This document shows positions 38,215 to 48,062 of a DNA stretch of 54,871 bases, piece by piece. Every line of letters begins with the position of its first letter. Within the stretch, counting starts at the first letter, position 1. Source of the DNA: Desulfurococcales archaeon (GTDB lineage Archaea > Thermoproteota > Thermoprotei_A > Sulfolobales > NBVN01); contig JALWZB010000087.1 of assembly GCA_027002995.1 (NCBI GenBank), forward strand, positions 1 to 54,871. The letters run 5' to 3'. The notes under the pieces are model-generated. The model saw nothing but the letters and a program-made list of their open reading frames with translations, did no database searches and was not told the DNA's origin. The position numbers and the translations under genes were made by a program.

Positions 38215-38532
38215 GCCAGGCAATTCATAAGTAATCATGTCCCACTAAACGATTGACTTTTTCACTCAAATTAATATCAATCAACACACCAAAGGACTTA
38301 TCTTAACTCCACGCATATTGAGCATTAACATCACGTTTATGCGTCCCTTAAGACGAACTAAAGTAGGGCCTATGAACGCAACTACCGACGCTGATAATCG
38401 AATAATTCCCATAATATGTGATGAGGTCCTGCGATGGTGAGGCCCTGCATCATGATTAAGGTTCTTCAATAAGTATTGGGTCTAAACGAAAGAAATTAAG
38501 TTATGGCCACAAAAAATTAGAGGCGATTAGAA

Positions 38533-39387
38533 TTGCGTGTGAGCATAATTCAGATGCGAGTAATTGACGGGGATGTGCAAACAAACATTGCACGCGGACT
38601 GAAGTTAATCAGGGAAGCCGCCGAGAACTCTGATTTCATAGTCCTTCCTGAACTTTGGACTACAGGCTACGACTTCAGTGCGATAACGAAGTACGCGGAA
38701 GGCGAGGGTAAGGGGTGGTCCAACGAGTTGCTTAGAGCCGTCGCTGAGGAGTACGGGGTGTACATAGTCTCGTCGGTACCTCTTAAGGAGAACGGTAAGC
38801 TATATGACGCAGCCTTCCTAATAGGGCCTGACGGCATCATAGGTGCTTACAAGAAGATACACCTTTTTAGACCATACGGAGAGGACAAGATGTTCACGGC
38901 TGGGGATGAGTTAGGGTACTTCAACACGTCCTTCGGTAGTGTGGGTGTAGCAATATGCTATGACTTAAGGTTCCCTGAACTCTTCAGGTTACTCGCCATG
39001 AAAGGCGCTAAGGTAATATTCGTTCCCGCGTCCTGGGGAGCGCCCCGCGCCCTGCAGTGGAAAACATTGCTCAGGGCGCGGGCCGCGGAAAACCAAGTAT
39101 TCATGGTTGGGGTCAATAAGGTAGGGGAGAGTAAAGCCACAGGTGAGCACTACTCAGGTAACTCCGCTGTTTACGACCCCTTCGGCTTCGAGCTAACACA
39201 CTCGGAGGAAAGCGAACAAGTATTAACCGTAAACGTAGATCTGAGGACAGTAGACAAGATAAGGGAGATGCTCCCAATATGGCATGATAGGAGGATTGAC
39301 CTCTATGGCGTCGGAAGCACGTGGGGAGTCCGAGACCCAGGATGGGGAAAGGGAGCCTCAGAAACCTCAAACACCGAGCCAACGTAA
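38533..39387 (+). CDS. carbon-nitrogen hydrolase (nitrilase superfamily, omega-amidase-like)
   Basis: Catalytic E in LPELW, K in YKKIHLF and C in AICYDLRFPE. Confidence 0.85.
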   Translation: MRVSIIQMRVIDGDVQTNIARGLKLIREAAENSDFIVLPELWTTGYDFSAITKYAEGEGKGWSNELLRAVAEEYGVYIVSSVPLKENGKLYDAAFLIGPDGIIGAYKKIHLFRPYGEDKMFTAGDELGYFNTSFGSVGVAICYDLRFPELFRLLAMKGAKVIFVPASWGAPRALQWKTLLRARAAENQVFMVGVNKVGESKATGEHYSGNSAVYDPFGFELTHSEESEQVLTVNVDLRTVDKIREMLPIWHDRRIDLYGVGSTWGVRDPGWGKGASETSNTEPT

Positions 39388-40993
39388 GCGACTAGCCATA
39401 ATCGTGATAACAGCGATTATGGCGGCAAGCATAGTAATCGCTTTCGCCTACTACGAATACAGCTACGAGTCCCACATCATAGACTACATCTCAGACGAAT
39501 GCTGGTATGTGAGCGCAGCAAGAAATATCCTTAGGGTATACTTTGGCCTCACCCCCCACGGCCCATGGAGCGGCGTTATGGCCACGGTCGAGTTAGAGAA
39601 TCCACCATCATCGAGCACCTACGATGAGTGGGTGAATCAAGCCACACGTTACATCGAAAGCATTGGCGGAAAGGTAGTAAAAAGTAACGATTACTACGCC
39701 TTCAAAGATGACGGGAACTTCCTCCCCGCCGTGTGCGTTGTAGTGCCTCCGCAGAACACGTCGTTACTTAAGGACGTCCCTCACAGCGTTAAGTACGCGA
39801 TAGGTTACTGCTATCCTAACGCCAGGGGAATACTTGACTACATGAATTTCGAGCACCCACCCTTCGTCAAGTACCTTATCGGATTAGCTATGATTACCAT
39901 AGGTGACTACCCTTCCTACTGGCGAGTACCCTCAATTATTGCGGGCTGCTTAATACTTGTGATGATTTTCCTAGCCCTAAGGAAAATATGCGGTGAGGTA
40001 GTTGGCGCGGCTCTAGGCCTGGTGGCGATGATCCTAACGGCGTTTGACATAACCTTCAGATCCTTAAGCATGGTGGCGATGCTCGACATATTCGTGGCGT
40101 TATTCACCTACATGACCTACTATATGACTGTAAGGGGAACTCTAGGCGGGTCAGCAACGGCTTTAGGACTAGGATTCGTAAGTAAGTTCAGCGGTGCCTT
40201 CCCAGGATTACCTGCCCTAGTGGCGTGGCTCAAGAGCAAGGAGAAGCCTGCCAGGACACTGCTCTACCTCATATACGTCCCCGTAATCATATTACTCATA
40301 CTGTCCATACCCTTCATAGTTCATGATGGTTTCATGCAGTGGTGGGACTCATCCATAGCTGGCGCAATACGCTGGCACCTAAGCGTTAAAACCACGGGTG
40401 GTCCTCCTCAAGCAATGCCATGGGACTGGATCATAGGGAGGAACCCATTCCCACTCCACTACACATGGGACGCCAAAGCCAACAGGTGGGTCGCTGACCT
40501 AATTGCTAGGGGGAACCCAATACTCTACACGGCACTCGTGGTGTTGTCAGTGTACATAATACCTAAGATCAAGGAGCTACCGGATAGAGGCCTTACGTAC
40601 GGCTTCACTTGGGGCACGTTCTTCATGTACATATTAATATGGTTCCTAGGATCCAAGACGCAGTACAGCTTCTACTCGGTGCAGGTAGTGCCCCTTTTCT
40701 ACACACTGCTGGTCCTGGAGGTGTACTACCTACTCAACACGCCTAAGAACATAGTGAAGGTTGCTAAGGGCTGGAAAGAATGGATCTTGACCGCCTGGGA
40801 CTGGCTAGCAGGATACGTCGAGATAAAGATCTCAGTAACTATTAGGAGAGTGAAGCCCAGGAAGGAGGAGGAAGAAAAGGAGATGAAGGAAGAAGGAGAA
40901 GTCCAGAGCACGGAAGGGGCCGCCAACGAGGATGCCCAGGGTAATAAGGAGGGTGGATTAGGGTCTAATGAGGAAAGCGTGGCTGAAAGTTAA
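39284..40993 (+). CDS. GT-C family membrane glycosyltransferase (PMT/ArnT, GT39-like) with an acidic C-terminal tail
   Basis: The first-loop motif EHPPFVKYLIGLAM and about 10 further TM helices. It overlaps the upstream gene by 104 nt, so an internal start (e.g. MASEARG at 39305) is possible. Confidence 0.6.
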   Translation: MIGGLTSMASEARGESETQDGEREPQKPQTPSQRKRLAIIVITAIMAASIVIAFAYYEYSYESHIIDYISDECWYVSAARNILRVYFGLTPHGPWSGVMATVELENPPSSSTYDEWVNQATRYIESIGGKVVKSNDYYAFKDDGNFLPAVCVVVPPQNTSLLKDVPHSVKYAIGYCYPNARGILDYMNFEHPPFVKYLIGLAMITIGDYPSYWRVPSIIAGCLILVMIFLALRKICGEVVGAALGLVAMILTAFDITFRSLSMVAMLDIFVALFTYMTYYMTVRGTLGGSATALGLGFVSKFSGAFPGLPALVAWLKSKEKPARTLLYLIYVPVIILLILSIPFIVHDGFMQWWDSSIAGAIRWHLSVKTTGGPPQAMPWDWIIGRNPFPLHYTWDAKANRWVADLIARGNPILYTALVVLSVYIIPKIKELPDRGLTYGFTWGTFFMYILIWFLGSKTQYSFYSVQVVPLFYTLLVLEVYYLLNTPKNIVKVAKGWKEWILTAWDWLAGYVEIKISVTIRRVKPRKEEEEKEMKEEGEVQSTEGAANEDAQGNKEGGLGSNEESVAES

Positions 40994-41127
40994 TTAATGA
41001 AGTTCCACTCATTTGATGGTATCATTCGGCAGTAATTCAGAGGTATTATTTGCCTGTTTAACACTCACACGTGTGTCCTTAAACAACGCTTTTTAATGCA
41101 TGCCCAATATGGGTTCGGTGGTCATAG

Positions 41128-44040
41128 GTGACTAGGAGATACGTGTTCGCATTCGAGGAGGGCGACTGGAAGAACAAGAAACTACTCGGAGGCAAGGGAG
41201 CCTCACTAGCGCAGATGACGCAACTAGGCCTTCCAGTCCCTCCAGGATTCACCATCACTACTGAAGCATGCCGCGACTTCTACGCACCTAGGAAGGAGGA
41301 GATCGACAAGATCGTGAAGGAACTCGAGCGCAACCCGCCACCCCAGGTCAGGGACGAGTTAATCAAGAGGATCTGGGACATAATCAACTCACTAGACCTC
41401 CCAGAGGGCTTAATGGACCAGGTTAAGGAGTACATGAGGAAGCTTGAGGAGAAGACAGGCAAGAAGTTCGGCTCCCCAGACAACCCGCTCCTCGTGTCGG
41501 TGAGGTCTGGCGCCGCGGTCTCGATGCCTGGCATGATGGACACCGTGCTTAACCTAGGCCTCAACGACACAGTCACACCCGGCCTAGCTAAGCTAGCGGG
41601 GAACGAGTGGTTCGCCTACGACGCGTACCGCAGGTTCCTAGCGATGTTCGGCAGGATCGTGCTCGAGATACCCGAGGAGATCTTCGACAAGGAGTTCGAC
41701 AAGCTTGATGAGGAGTTCAGGAAGGAGGCTGAGGAGAAGTTCAAGGACGAGATCGAGGCCGTGAAGAAGCAGTTCCCGAAGTATACCTTAAGGCTTGACG
41801 CGCAGCCCCCGAAGGAGATAGCCCCTAAGACCTGGGAGCTTGCTGTCAAGTACCTCAAGAAGCTGGTGGAGATATACAAGGACGTGATTCAGAAGCACTG
41901 GGGTACCTTCCCGCAGGACCCGTGGAAGCAGTTAGAGCTAGCGATTAAGGCAGTGTTTAGGTCATGGATGAACCCCAGAGCGATCTACTACAGGATAGCC
42001 AACAACATAACCCCCGACATCGCGGACTGCACCGCCGTCAACATAGTGACGATGGTCTTCGGCAACATGGGATGGGACTCAGGAACGGGCGTGTACTTCA
42101 CTAGGGACCCTGCGACCGGCGAGAACAAGCCCTACGGTGAGTTCCTGCCCAACGCCCAGGGCGAGGACGTAGTTGCCGGAATTAGGACCCCGCTACACCT
42201 AGATGAACTTAGGGCTAGGATGCCTGAGGTTTACGATCAGTTAATCGAGGCAGGGAAGAAGCTAGAGAAGCTGAACAAGGACGTAATGGACATTGAGTTC
42301 ACCATCGAGAGGGGTAAGCTCTACTTCCTGCAGAACAGAAAGGCTAAGATGACCCCCGTTGCTAGGGTGAAGACCGCCGTAGACATGGCTAAGGAGGGCA
42401 TTATAACTAAGGAGGAGGCGATTCTCAAGGTATCCCCTGACGTCGTACTGAAGCTCCTCTACCCGAGGATCGACCCGAAGGCCAAGGTTGAGCCCATAGC
42501 TAAGGGTCTACCGGCATCGCCTGGCGCCGTGAGCGGTCAGGCAGTCTTCCACCCAGACGATGCTGTGGAGTGGGCCAGGAAGGGCAAGAAGGTCATCCTA
42601 GTCAGAGTCGAGACCAAGCCCGACGACGTACACGGATTCTACGCGGCAGTCGGTATACTGACGTCAAGAGGCGGCATGACCTCTCACGCCGCAGTGGTTG
42701 CTAGAGGTATCGGTAAGCCCGCAGTCGTCGGTGCTGAGGCCATAAAGATCGACTACGAGAAGAAGGAGTTCAGAGTAGGTGACGTGGTCGTCAAGGAGGG
42801 TGACTGGGTAACCATCGACGGCAACACCGGTAACGTGTACGTAGGGAAGGTACCGACGGTAGAGCCTGAGCTAATACCTGAACTGCAGGAGCTCCTAGCT
42901 TGGGCAGACAGTGTCAGGAAGCTGGGTGTGAGGGCTAACGCTGACGTGCCGGAGGACGCACGCATCGCAAGGAAGTTCGGTGCTGAGGGCATAGGTCTGC
43001 TTAGGATCGAAAGGATGTTCAGAAAGCCCGAGAGGCTTGAGGCACTCAGGAAAGTCATCCTCTCGGAGACAAAGGAGGAGAGGGTCGAGCACCTGAAGAA
43101 GCTAGCAGCGATGATTAAGCCAGACTTCAAGGAAATGCTCAAGATAATGGACGGGCTACCAGTAGTTATCAGGCTAATTGACCCGCCACTACACGAGTTC
43201 CTACCAGCACCTGAAGAGCTACTCAAGGAGATCTATGAGGCTAAGGTAGCTTACTACACGCTAAAGTCATCGGAGGCTGTGAAAGGTATAGCGCCCGACA
43301 TGCTCAAGGAGTACGAGAAGAAGATCGCCGAGCTAGAAGAGCTGTACAGGAGGGTAATGGTACTCAAGGAGCACAACCCAATGATGGGTCACAGAGGCGT
43401 CAGGGTAGGAGTGACGTACCCAGAGATCTACTACTACCTAACGAGGGCCATGGTTGAGGCGGCTGCTGAGCTACTGAAGGAGGGCTACCACCCGAAGCTA
43501 GAGATAATGATACCGCAGGTAAGCGAGGTCAATGAAATAAGGTACGTGAAGCAGAACGCCGTGCTACCAGCCATCCGGGATGTGGAGAAGGAATACGGCA
43601 TCAAGGTGCCGGTGAAGATCGGCACTATGGTCGAGACTGTTAGGGCGTGCCTAACTGCTGACGAGCTAGCCAAGGAGATGGACTTCTTCAGCTTCGGTAC
43701 GAACGACCTAACACAGGCAACCTTCAGCTTCAGCAGGGACGACGTCGAGAATAAGTTCCTGCCGCAGTACCTGGAGCTAGAGATACTCAAGGCAAACCCG
43801 TTCCAGACCCTAGACACTAAGGGTGTAGGCAAGCTAGTAGCCATGGCGACGAAGGCAGGCAAGCAGGTCAATCCAGAGCTAGAGGTCGGCATATGTGGCG
43901 AGCACGGCGGTGATCCAGCATCAATAGAGTTCCTGCACCGGGCTGGCCTAGACTACGTGAGTGCCTCACCGTTCAGAATAGTGGTCGCTAGGCTGGCAGC
44001 GGCTCACGCCGCAATAAAGTACGGTGGAAAGAAAGAGTAA
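41128..44040 (+). CDS. ppdK: pyruvate, phosphate dikinase
   Basis: GGKGASLAQM, the phosphohistidine loop TSRGGMTSHAAVVARG, and C-terminal GICGEHGGDP. Confidence 0.95.
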   Translation: MTRRYVFAFEEGDWKNKKLLGGKGASLAQMTQLGLPVPPGFTITTEACRDFYAPRKEEIDKIVKELERNPPPQVRDELIKRIWDIINSLDLPEGLMDQVKEYMRKLEEKTGKKFGSPDNPLLVSVRSGAAVSMPGMMDTVLNLGLNDTVTPGLAKLAGNEWFAYDAYRRFLAMFGRIVLEIPEEIFDKEFDKLDEEFRKEAEEKFKDEIEAVKKQFPKYTLRLDAQPPKEIAPKTWELAVKYLKKLVEIYKDVIQKHWGTFPQDPWKQLELAIKAVFRSWMNPRAIYYRIANNITPDIADCTAVNIVTMVFGNMGWDSGTGVYFTRDPATGENKPYGEFLPNAQGEDVVAGIRTPLHLDELRARMPEVYDQLIEAGKKLEKLNKDVMDIEFTIERGKLYFLQNRKAKMTPVARVKTAVDMAKEGIITKEEAILKVSPDVVLKLLYPRIDPKAKVEPIAKGLPASPGAVSGQAVFHPDDAVEWARKGKKVILVRVETKPDDVHGFYAAVGILTSRGGMTSHAAVVARGIGKPAVVGAEAIKIDYEKKEFRVGDVVVKEGDWVTIDGNTGNVYVGKVPTVEPELIPELQELLAWADSVRKLGVRANADVPEDARIARKFGAEGIGLLRIERMFRKPERLEALRKVILSETKEERVEHLKKLAAMIKPDFKEMLKIMDGLPVVIRLIDPPLHEFLPAPEELLKEIYEAKVAYYTLKSSEAVKGIAPDMLKEYEKKIAELEELYRRVMVLKEHNPMMGHRGVRVGVTYPEIYYYLTRAMVEAAAELLKEGYHPKLEIMIPQVSEVNEIRYVKQNAVLPAIRDVEKEYGIKVPVKIGTMVETVRACLTADELAKEMDFFSFGTNDLTQATFSFSRDDVENKFLPQYLELEILKANPFQTLDTKGVGKLVAMATKAGKQVNPELEVGICGEHGGDPASIEFLHRAGLDYVSASPFRIVVARLAAAHAAIKYGGKKE

Positions 44041-44089
44041 AACCCAATAAGTTTTAACCGCAGACATCACCCAATTATTTCCCCTAAAC

Positions 44090-44569
44090 TCACTCAACAG
44101 ACCTAAGGAACTCCTCCACATGCGGCGTATCTTTAATCACTCGAAAAATTAAGCTGGTCATACTCCTCTTGATGTGTGGATTCCTAATGAGTGACTTTAT
44201 GAACTTATCGAGGTCAGGCACGCTCTTGAAGCTAAGGATTAACGCTATATCGTACTCGCCCGTTATGTCGAATACCGCCCTAACGTTCGGTTTCTTAGCT
44301 AACTCACGTTCTACTTGCTCTATATATGCTCCATCGACCTGAAGTAACGTCACAGCGTTCACTTGGTAACCGAGCTTAGCGTAGTTTATCAGTGCAGTAT
44401 AACCCGAGACGTATCCGCGTTCCTCAAGCTTCTTAATCCTCTCGGTGATGGTTGAGGGCGACTTGCCTAGCTCCCGTGCGAGCTTTCTAATACCCTCCTT
44501 CCCCCTCAACGCTAATGCTTTGAGTATTCGTAGATCTAAATCGTCCAGTTCACGAGGCACTGCATCCAC
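44090..44569 (-). CDS. Lrp/AsnC family transcriptional regulator
   Basis: HTH LDDLDLRILKALALRGKEGIRKLARELGKSPSTITERIKKLEERGYV plus a C-terminal RAM domain. It is divergent from glnA. Confidence 0.9.
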   Translation of the reverse strand: MDAVPRELDDLDLRILKALALRGKEGIRKLARELGKSPSTITERIKKLEERGYVSGYTALINYAKLGYQVNAVTLLQVDGAYIEQVERELAKKPNVRAVFDITGEYDIALILSFKSVPDLDKFIKSLIRNPHIKRSMTSLIFRVIKDTPHVEEFLRSVE

Positions 44570-44623
44570 CTCTTGTTCGGTTCATCAATGAGTTTTCTGT
44601 GTTTAATCATTTAAATGTTCGCT

Positions 44624-44634
44624 TTCTTCAAGAA
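44624..44634. promoter_or_regulatory. candidate operator palindrome in the lrp-glnA divergent intergenic region
   Basis: TTCTT-C-AAGAA is a perfect 5+1+5 palindrome. A related half-site ATTTCTTG lies at 44641-44648, TTCGAA at 44649-44654, and a TTTAAAT TATA-like box at 44610-44616. Confidence 0.25.
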
Positions 44635-44677
44635 ATCCTTATTTCTTGTTCGAATAATAACGTTAATTCTGTGAACA

Positions 44678-46012
44678 GTGATGGAGGGTGTACACGAAGA
44701 CATACCGGACGGTATTGAATGGGTTGATGTGCACTACGTTGACCTGCGTGGAAGACTACATTCGGTCTCAGTAACTTATGAGAGGGCTTCCAAGGGAGAC
44801 GTCTTCTTCGACGGATCATCGGTCGACTTAGTAGACATAAGTGACAGTGACTTACACCTAGTACCAGACATGTCAACCTTAGCCAAGATACCGTGGGGCG
44901 AGGGAAGGGCAAGAGTGCATGCAGACATATGGGTCAACGGGAAACCCTTCTGGGGTAACTCAAGGGGGGTAGCCCGAAACGCATCACGCTACGTCCAAGA
45001 ACATGGCTTCAGAGAACTAATGGGTGCGGAAGTTGAGTTCTTCATTCATAAAGTTGAATTCAAGGTTGGTAAGGGGGAGTTAATAGCTAGGGTAATCAAC
45101 GACGAGGAACCCCCGACATGGTCGCTACCAACGAAGAGGGCATATGAAGTAACTGACAGTGACAGCCCCGTAGCTGGTGTGAGGTGGGAGATCATCAGAG
45201 CATTACGGAAGATGGGCATTAAGGCATCAATACATCATCACGAGGTAGCTCCAAACCAGGCTGAGATATCGACCGCGTCCCGTGATGCGGTAGGTTTAGG
45301 AGATGATATCCTCACGATAAAGTTCGTGGCTAGGCACATAGCTAGGATGTGGGGATACGTCGCGAACTTTATGCCGAAACCGATCTTCGGCGATAATGGC
45401 TCAGGCATGCATATCCACGCTAGCCTCTGGAAGGACGGTATCAACGTATTCAGCGATGACTCCGACCCGCACGGCATAAGCCAGTACTGCAGGTACTTCA
45501 TAGGGGGGCTACTAGATCATGGGTGTGCACTGGCGGCAATAGTGTCGCCGACAACCAACTCATACAAGAGGCTGGTGCCTGGGTATGAAGCCCCCATATA
45601 CCTAGCGTGGGGAGTTGCAAACAGATCCGCGGCAGTCAGAGTCCCTAGAACCCCATCACCCAAGAAGCGCAGGGTAGAGTTCAGGCCCCCCGACCCACTA
45701 GCAAACCCGTACTTAGCGTCAGCAGCGATACTTGCTGCAGGTTTGGATGGGATAAGGAAGAAGATAGACCCAGGAGACCCAATACAGCGAAACATCTACC
45801 ACATGAGTGAAAGGGAAGTCAAGGAGCTAGGCATAAAGACGCTACCGAAAAGCCTAGATGAAGCACTAGAGGAACTCGAGTCCGACTCAGAGTTCCTGCG
45901 ACCAATATTCCCGCGAGAACTCATCGAGAAGTATATTGAGTTAAAGAAACAGGAGATACGGAGAGTAAACCTCTACCCATCACCAGCCGAGTTCATGGAG
46001 TACATGTGGTGA
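44678..46012 (+). CDS. glnA: glutamine synthetase, type I
   Basis: HHHEVAPNQAEI, MPKPIFGDNGSGMHIHASLW, NSYKRLVPGYEAP and RVEFRPPD. Confidence 0.95.
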   Translation: MMEGVHEDIPDGIEWVDVHYVDLRGRLHSVSVTYERASKGDVFFDGSSVDLVDISDSDLHLVPDMSTLAKIPWGEGRARVHADIWVNGKPFWGNSRGVARNASRYVQEHGFRELMGAEVEFFIHKVEFKVGKGELIARVINDEEPPTWSLPTKRAYEVTDSDSPVAGVRWEIIRALRKMGIKASIHHHEVAPNQAEISTASRDAVGLGDDILTIKFVARHIARMWGYVANFMPKPIFGDNGSGMHIHASLWKDGINVFSDDSDPHGISQYCRYFIGGLLDHGCALAAIVSPTTNSYKRLVPGYEAPIYLAWGVANRSAAVRVPRTPSPKKRRVEFRPPDPLANPYLASAAILAAGLDGIRKKIDPGDPIQRNIYHMSEREVKELGIKTLPKSLDEALEELESDSEFLRPIFPRELIEKYIELKKQEIRRVNLYPSPAEFMEYMW

Positions 46013-46025
46013 AGAGGAGGAAGAG

Positions 46026-46373
46026 TTAACAGATCTTAGTACCTGGCTTCACAGGTTTCTCAACGGTTAATATCACGGGCGTTTCACCCTCACCGCAACC
46101 CGCCGCAAGCAACATCCCCTGAGATTCTAGGCCCATCATACGTTTAGGCTTAAGGTTAGCCACCACGATAATGTACTTACCCTGAAGATCCTCGGGAGCG
46201 TACCACTTAGCTAGGCCAGCCAGGATCTGCCTCTCGCCTAACTCACCTAGGTCAACTATTAAGCGTATCAACTTACGTGAACCCGGTACGCGTTCCGCAT
46301 GCTTCACATAGCCAACCCTTAAGTCCACCTTGGCAAACTCAGAATACTCGATCATGTTAGGTGCTTCAGGCAT
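46026..46373 (-). CDS. tRNA-binding domain protein (CsaA/Trbp111-like)
   Basis: FAKVDLRVGYVKHAERVPGSRKLIRLIVDLGE...IIVVANLKPKRMMGLESQGMLLAA is an OB-fold tRNA-binding domain. Confidence 0.85.
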   Translation of the reverse strand: MPEAPNMIEYSEFAKVDLRVGYVKHAERVPGSRKLIRLIVDLGELGERQILAGLAKWYAPEDLQGKYIIVVANLKPKRMMGLESQGMLLAAGCGEGETPVILTVEKPVKPGTKIC

Positions 46374-46464
46374 CCGAAATCACCAAAGCCCAGAGCAAAA
46401 CATCAAATATAAATGTGCCTCCTACTTGACCCTCTAAGTTAAGTTGGGACTAAAGATTGGTCCC

Positions 46465-46911
46465 CTAAGCTGTCAAGGCTTCCGCTTCTCTTTCTTTCAG
46501 GCTAGCTTCTTCGCCTCTAACGGGTTTAAACTTAACTACGTAAGGCACCACGCCGTCTAAGGTAGGCGCTGTTCTCCTGATAGTGGCTTGCACTTTCATA
46601 CCTACCCGTACTTCCTCTGGCTTCACATCCGTTAGTTGTGCCAGGACCTTCGCTTCCCCTAACTTTATAATCGCTATTATTAAGGGTGCGTACTGCTCGA
46701 ATCCCTTAATAGGCACGTTAAGCACCGTGTAAGTCAGTACCTCACCCTCACGCGGTAACTCTATCTCGATGAGGTTCCTGGAACCGCACTTCGGGCACGC
46801 AGCCTTAGGTGGGTAGGTGACGAGACCGCAGTCCTGGCACTTGGTGCCTGAGAGCCTTATCAGGCGGTTCCTTAAACGCCATATTCTCTGGATCGTGGTC
46901 ACGCGTATCAC
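46465..46911 (-). CDS. DUF35 OB-fold / zinc-ribbon protein (thiolase-associated scaffold)
   Basis: Zinc ribbon CQDCGLVTYPPKAACPKCGS followed by an OB fold. It is 4-nt overlapped with the thiolase gene. Confidence 0.85.
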   Translation of the reverse strand: MIRVTTIQRIWRLRNRLIRLSGTKCQDCGLVTYPPKAACPKCGSRNLIEIELPREGEVLTYTVLNVPIKGFEQYAPLIIAIIKLGEAKVLAQLTDVKPEEVRVGMKVQATIRRTAPTLDGVVPYVVKFKPVRGEEASLKEREAEALTA

Positions 46912-48059
46912 CTCCTCAAAACAACGGTGGTGACGTTCGAACCAACGCCACCTATGTTCTGCGCTAACCCAACTTCGCCACCCACCTTCAAGCCTGGGAA
47001 GTCACCGCGTAACTGCATGGCTATCTCAGCGACCTGGTACACACCAGTCGCACCTACTGGGTGACCCCTAGCCTTAAGACCTCCTGAAGGGTTGAGTACG
47101 GGCTTATCTCCAGGCCTGAATCTGCCTTCTGCCCAGAGCTTTGGGGCCTTACCCCTCTCGGCGAACCCTATTTCCTCGATGCTTATTGCTGCGACTATGC
47201 TGTACGCGTCATGTATCTCAGCGACGTCAACGTCGTTAATACTCACGTTGGCCATCCTGAGGGCCCTCTCCGTTGAGAGTTTAGCTGCTATGAACCTGTC
47301 CAGCTCGAACCTTGACGAGAGGTCGGGGCTGTCGAGGGCGTTACCTATACCGGCAACCTTCACTGGTGTATCATTTAGTTTCCGATACTTCTCGGAAACA
47401 AGCATGATTGCAGCTGCCCCATCGCTGAGCGGGCACGAGTCAAACAGCCTCACAGGATCAGCTATTACTGGGGAATTAATCACTGTCTCCAGCGTTATCT
47501 TCTTCCTTAGCTGAGCGTATGGGTTGTGGTAGGCATTCTCATGCATCATTACCGCCCAGTGAGCCATCTCCTCACGCGTGACATTATGTTTGTCCATGTA
47601 GTACCGCATCACCAGGGCGTTTAAGCCAGCGAAGCTTATTCCGTAGATGAGTTCGTAGTCCGCGTCCGCAGCATATGCTAAGCCACGAGCAGTGTCAGGG
47701 GTGGGGCGCTCATGAAGCTTCTCTATACCCACTACCAAAACCTTATCAAACAAACCAGAGGATACTAGGGAGTAGCCAGCCAGTAGTGCGGCTCCTCCAG
47801 AACCGCACGCTCCCTCTGCCTTAAAGCCGCTGACCCCTCTTAACCCTGTATGGTCAGCTATTAGGGCTGCGAGGTTTTCTTGCTCTACTAAGCTACTAAG
47901 CATGTTCCCGACGACGATCGCTTCAGGCTTCTCGTTGCCAGCGTCTTCCATTGCCTTTACCACGGCCTCCGCAGCCAGATCCCTTAACGCAACATCTACT
48001 CTCTTACCTACCTCAGTTAGACCCACACCAACTATGAAGACATCACGCAATGCATGCAC
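46908..48059 (-). CDS. thiolase (acetyl-CoA acetyltransferase, archaeal/SCP-x type)
   Basis: Catalytic Cys in KAEGACGSGGAALL, NPSGGLKARGHPVGATG, and GLAQNIGGVGS. Confidence 0.9.
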   Translation of the reverse strand: MHALRDVFIVGVGLTEVGKRVDVALRDLAAEAVVKAMEDAGNEKPEAIVVGNMLSSLVEQENLAALIADHTGLRGVSGFKAEGACGSGGAALLAGYSLVSSGLFDKVLVVGIEKLHERPTPDTARGLAYAADADYELIYGISFAGLNALVMRYYMDKHNVTREEMAHWAVMMHENAYHNPYAQLRKKITLETVINSPVIADPVRLFDSCPLSDGAAAIMLVSEKYRKLNDTPVKVAGIGNALDSPDLSSRFELDRFIAAKLSTERALRMANVSINDVDVAEIHDAYSIVAAISIEEIGFAERGKAPKLWAEGRFRPGDKPVLNPSGGLKARGHPVGATGVYQVAEIAMQLRGDFPGLKVGGEVGLAQNIGGVGSNVTTVVLRR

Positions 48060-48062
48060 CTC

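Noticed and set aside
38420-38470. Possible C/D box sRNA (GTGATGA C-box-like motif, GTGA 12 nt downstream); similar GTGATGA motifs occur near 11222-11235 and on the minus strand near 33640-33660
   Set aside because: There is no proper D box (CTGA) at the expected spacing and no terminal stem in any of them. This cannot be supported without a covariance search.
39284-39387. 104-nt overlap between the nitrilase-family gene and the GT-C gene, considered as a possible frameshift or fusion
   Set aside because: Nitrilase homology already ends near DRRIDLY, and the GT-C protein has internal Met candidates. The overlap is most simply a start-codon annotation issue.
44628-44912. 94-aa minus-strand ORF spanning the lrp-glnA intergenic region and the glnA 5' end
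   Set aside because: It is antisense to the well-supported glnA start and crosses the promoter region. Its basic, Cys/Arg-rich translation is not protein-like.
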